Virus record (IMG/VR): IMGVR_UViG_3300029448_000046
Location: 1 to 56,343 of that record
DNA length: 56,343 nucleotides
DNA from: a virus
Lineage: Duplodnaviria; Caudoviricetes
Strand: one strand, 5' to 3'
Position 1 is the first letter of the stretch. Every line of letters starts with the position of its first letter. Both the position numbers and the translations under genes were made by a program. This document shows positions 53,541 through 56,343 of the stretch, piece by piece. The notes under the pieces were generated by a model, which ran no database searches, was not told the origin of the DNA, and worked only from the letters and a program-made list of their open reading frames with translations.

Positions 53541-54164
53541 ATGAACTACTCAACACTAGTTCAAAACATAAAAGATTTTATGGAAGATGATGGTACGGAG
53601 TTCTCTAACGAGATTGACACGTTTATAGACCTGACCGAGCTGAAGCTATCTCGCGAACTACGCATACCAGCTTTTCGGCAACGCCAAACATCTGCCCTCA
53701 CACAAGACGACCCCTTCCTAACTATGCCATCCGATATGGTTTCACTTGAAAACCTGCAAGTCATTCCCAGCGCGGCGACACGCGCCCTTCTTCTTCTACG
53801 TTCTGACGAGTTCTTAATGGAGTATTGGCCAGACAGAACAGCCACAGGAACACCAACTTATTATTCCTACTTTGATGATAACACTATTTATGTAGCACCT
53901 ACCCCATCATCAAATATGAATGTTGAGATTTCCTATCGTAGAAGACTGCCAGCCCTCTCCTCTTCCAACACAACAAACTGGCTTACAGATAATGCCAGCG
54001 ATGCGCTTCTATACGGTTCTCTAGTAGAGGCATGTAACTTTAACAGGAACTATACATTGCAGGAAAGATATCTAGCCCTGTACACGAATGCCGTGTCATC
54101 GGTAAACGAGGAGCAGGTCACCCGTAATTCAATAGACAATTTTTATCAAAAGAGCGAGGGCTAA
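53541..54164 (+). CDS. adaptor / tail tubular protein
   Basis: MNY..L...I, G.P.YY, VAPTP, TNWL..NA..ALLYGSL.EA. Confidence 0.75.
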   Translation: MNYSTLVQNIKDFMEDDGTEFSNEIDTFIDLTELKLSRELRIPAFRQRQTSALTQDDPFLTMPSDMVSLENLQVIPSAATRALLLLRSDEFLMEYWPDRTATGTPTYYSYFDDNTIYVAPTPSSNMNVEISYRRRLPALSSSNTTNWLTDNASDALLYGSLVEACNFNRNYTLQERYLALYTNAVSSVNEEQVTRNSIDNFYQKSEG

Positions 54165-54167
54165 AAG

Positions 54168-54608
54168 ATGGCAACAGCTAATGCCGCAACAACATATCTT
54201 GAGGCAAAAGTCTTGGACTTTATCTTCAAAAACAATTCAACCTCATTTGCCACACCTGGAAACTCAATCTATGTAGGTTTGGCAACCGCTGTAAGTGATG
54301 CAGAAGCAGGTTCTCTCACTGAGGTTACCTCAAGTCAGGACAGTAACTATGCGCGTCAACAAGTACAGGCATCAGCATGGACACATGTTAGTTCATCTAC
54401 TGATGCACAAACTGTTAAAAACTCTGCAAACATAGAATTCCCTGCTAGCAGTGGGGGAGCGACATATACAATAACGCACTGTTTCATTGCAGACCATGCA
54501 TCAGCAGGTAATATATTATTTATAGGTGCTTTGGACGATTCAAAAACAATAGAATCCGCAGATATATTCCGCATCAATGCAACCAACCTAACAATAGAAT
54601 TGAAGTAA
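54168..54608 (+). CDS. tail-associated structural protein
   Basis: YLE..VLD, YVGL.TA, YARQ, N.A.IEFP, GN.LF.GAL. Confidence 0.7.
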   Translation: MATANAATTYLEAKVLDFIFKNNSTSFATPGNSIYVGLATAVSDAEAGSLTEVTSSQDSNYARQQVQASAWTHVSSSTDAQTVKNSANIEFPASSGGATYTITHCFIADHASAGNILFIGALDDSKTIESADIFRINATNLTIELK

Positions 54609-54609
54609 T

Positions 54610-55794
54610 ATGGCTTTAGTTCTAAAGGACAGAGTCAAGGAAACAACCGCAACGACTGGGACAGGAACCTATACTCTCGCAGGTGCAGTTACAGGTTCAG
54701 AAACCTTTGGCTCGGTAGGCAATAGCAACACAACTTATTACTGTTGTACAGATGGCTCTGACTTTGAAATTGGGGTCGGAACATATACTAGCTCTGGAAC
54801 AACATTGGCCAGAACTAGCATACTTCAATCAAGCAACAGCGACAACGCTGTTAGCTGGGGCGCGGGAACCAAAACTATATTCTGCACACTTCCAGCAGAA
54901 AAGATGAAGTTTCTTGATGCTAGCAATGTTCTTGATGTTGGCTCTACAGCCATCACAACAACAGGTGTCGTGACCGCTGGTGGTATAACATTAGGCAACG
55001 CTGTCCTTGTAGAGGCTGAACTCGAAATGCTTGACGGCATTACTGCCGGAACTGTCGCGGCCAGTAAAGCAGTAGTTGTTGACGCAGACAAAGATATTAG
55101 CGGTGGCCGAAACCTGACTATTTCCGGTGAACTAGATGCCGCAACTCTAGACATTAGCGGCGACGCCGACATCGACGGTACATTGGAAGCGGACGCAATA
55201 ACAATCAACGGTACTGCTATATCTAGTGTTCTAAGCCCCGTAGCTGGTTCCTCATCTATTGTCACTACAGGCGCACTAAATTCTGGGAGCATTACTTCTG
55301 GCTTTGGCGCGATTGATAATGGTTCAAGTAACATAACGACAACAGGCGTCGGGTCATTCGCGTCATTAGACGTAAGTGGCAACATAGACGTAGATGGAAC
55401 TGCAAATCTTGATGTTGTTGATATCGATGGTGCTGTCGATATGGCGAGTACTTTGGCAGTAACTGGCAACCTTACATTAGGCGCACATCTTATAATGCCC
55501 GATGTTACGTCAACCAAGATATTGGTTGCTGACGGGACTAGCTTTCAAGAGGTTGCTGTTTCCGGTGACGTGACAATAGCCAATACAGGTGCGGTAACGA
55601 TTGCCGCCAATGCTGTTGAAGGCACAATGCTTAACAACAACACCATATCAGCTCAGACCGCCCTCACATCCGGTCTAGCCACAGACGACGAACTGTTAGT
55701 CAGCGATGCGGGAACTCTGAAACGAATGGACGTAAGTGTGCTGACAGCATTAACAGATGACAACGCGACCGCACTGGCGATTGCCTTAGGCTGA
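54610..55794 (+). CDS. tail fibre-like protein
   Basis: MALVLKDRVKET..TTGTGT start, LDISG..DIDG repeats, ALAIALG end. Confidence 0.75.
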   Translation: MALVLKDRVKETTATTGTGTYTLAGAVTGSETFGSVGNSNTTYYCCTDGSDFEIGVGTYTSSGTTLARTSILQSSNSDNAVSWGAGTKTIFCTLPAEKMKFLDASNVLDVGSTAITTTGVVTAGGITLGNAVLVEAELEMLDGITAGTVAASKAVVVDADKDISGGRNLTISGELDAATLDISGDADIDGTLEADAITINGTAISSVLSPVAGSSSIVTTGALNSGSITSGFGAIDNGSSNITTTGVGSFASLDVSGNIDVDGTANLDVVDIDGAVDMASTLAVTGNLTLGAHLIMPDVTSTKILVADGTSFQEVAVSGDVTIANTGAVTIAANAVEGTMLNNNTISAQTALTSGLATDDELLVSDAGTLKRMDVSVLTALTDDNATALAIALG

Positions 55795-55807
55795 TTAGGA
55801 GAAACTA

Positions 55808-56164
55808 ATGGCAAACACATTTAAACTTATAACACGGGACGTTGCCCCAGCAAGTTCTGGGACACCAGAGACCTTGTATACTGTTCAGTCAGGTAGCAGA
55901 ATTGTAATACTTGGACTTACACTGGCTAACGTACACACATCACAGGTAACAGCATCAGTTACGTTAGTAAGTACAACTACCCAGACAAGCCAAACACAAA
56001 ACACGACAGCACATCTTTGTAAGGATATCCCACTACCCGTCGGCAGTAGTTTTGAGTTGATGGCGGGTAACAAAATCATAGCAAATGTCGGAGACATAGT
56101 AAAAATAGATGCAAGTGTTTCCGACAAAGTTTCCGTGACCATGAGTTATATGGAGATAACCTAA
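55808..56164 (+). CDS. tail-associated protein
   Basis: MANTFK...LYTV...GL.LAN...SYMEIT. Confidence 0.7.
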   Translation: MANTFKLITRDVAPASSGTPETLYTVQSGSRIVILGLTLANVHTSQVTASVTLVSTTTQTSQTQNTTAHLCKDIPLPVGSSFELMAGNKIIANVGDIVKIDASVSDKVSVTMSYMEIT

Positions 56165-56343
56165 TGCCATACATTGGTCAAAGAACAACAGAACACTTTG
56201 CTAGTACAACTGCTGTTCAGCGTTTCAATGGTGACGGAAGTGACACAACATTTACATTAAGCACAGCAGTATCTTCTGTGCAAGATGTGCTGGTGTCAGT
56301 TGATGGTGTTGTACAAGACACTGCCGCCTACACTATTCCTGAT
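56164..56343 (+). CDS. tail protein, 5' part (truncated by window end)
   Basis: Hand translation MPYIGQRTTEHFASTTAVQRFNGDGSDTTFTLSTAVSSVQDVLVSVDGVVQD... Confidence 0.75.
   Translation, partial: MPYIGQRTTEHFASTTAVQRFNGDGSDTTFTLSTAVSSVQDVLVSVDGVVQDTAAYTIPD

Noticed and set aside
54825-55517. 230-aa antisense ORF and similar shadow ORFs
   Set aside because: They mirror well-supported plus-strand genes; stop depletion follows from codon bias

Overview
The window is most or all of a circularly permuted, probably temperate marine podovirus genome; both ends fall inside the tail-gene cluster. The host is probably alphaproteobacterial, possibly SAR116-like, inferred from an MsmA-like gene and a DUF6456-like gene. 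Layout: tail and internal-virion genes ending in a 2619-aa LPD38-type polyvalent protein (1-17.4 kb); lysis genes; attP-integrase-excisionase; a leftward recombination module and XRE repressor; a rightward replication module (VRR-NUC, class II RNR, initiator with internal iterons, split primase zinc finger plus primase-helicase, DUF6456-like regulator); a leftward early operon (sirtuin, vWA/metallopeptidase, MoxR AAA+); an ~870-nt hairpin-dense non-coding region with a repeated GGGTCT motif; then TerS, TerL, a Rieske-less methanesulfonate monooxygenase-like subunit, portal, GroES, scaffold, capsid and head-tail genes. The best candidates for something undescribed are the structured repeat-bearing leader at 37.0-37.9 kb, the Rieske-deleted oxygenase, and recurring peptide motifs in the ejected proteins. 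All family assignments are by-eye motif recognition; no searches or folding programs were run.
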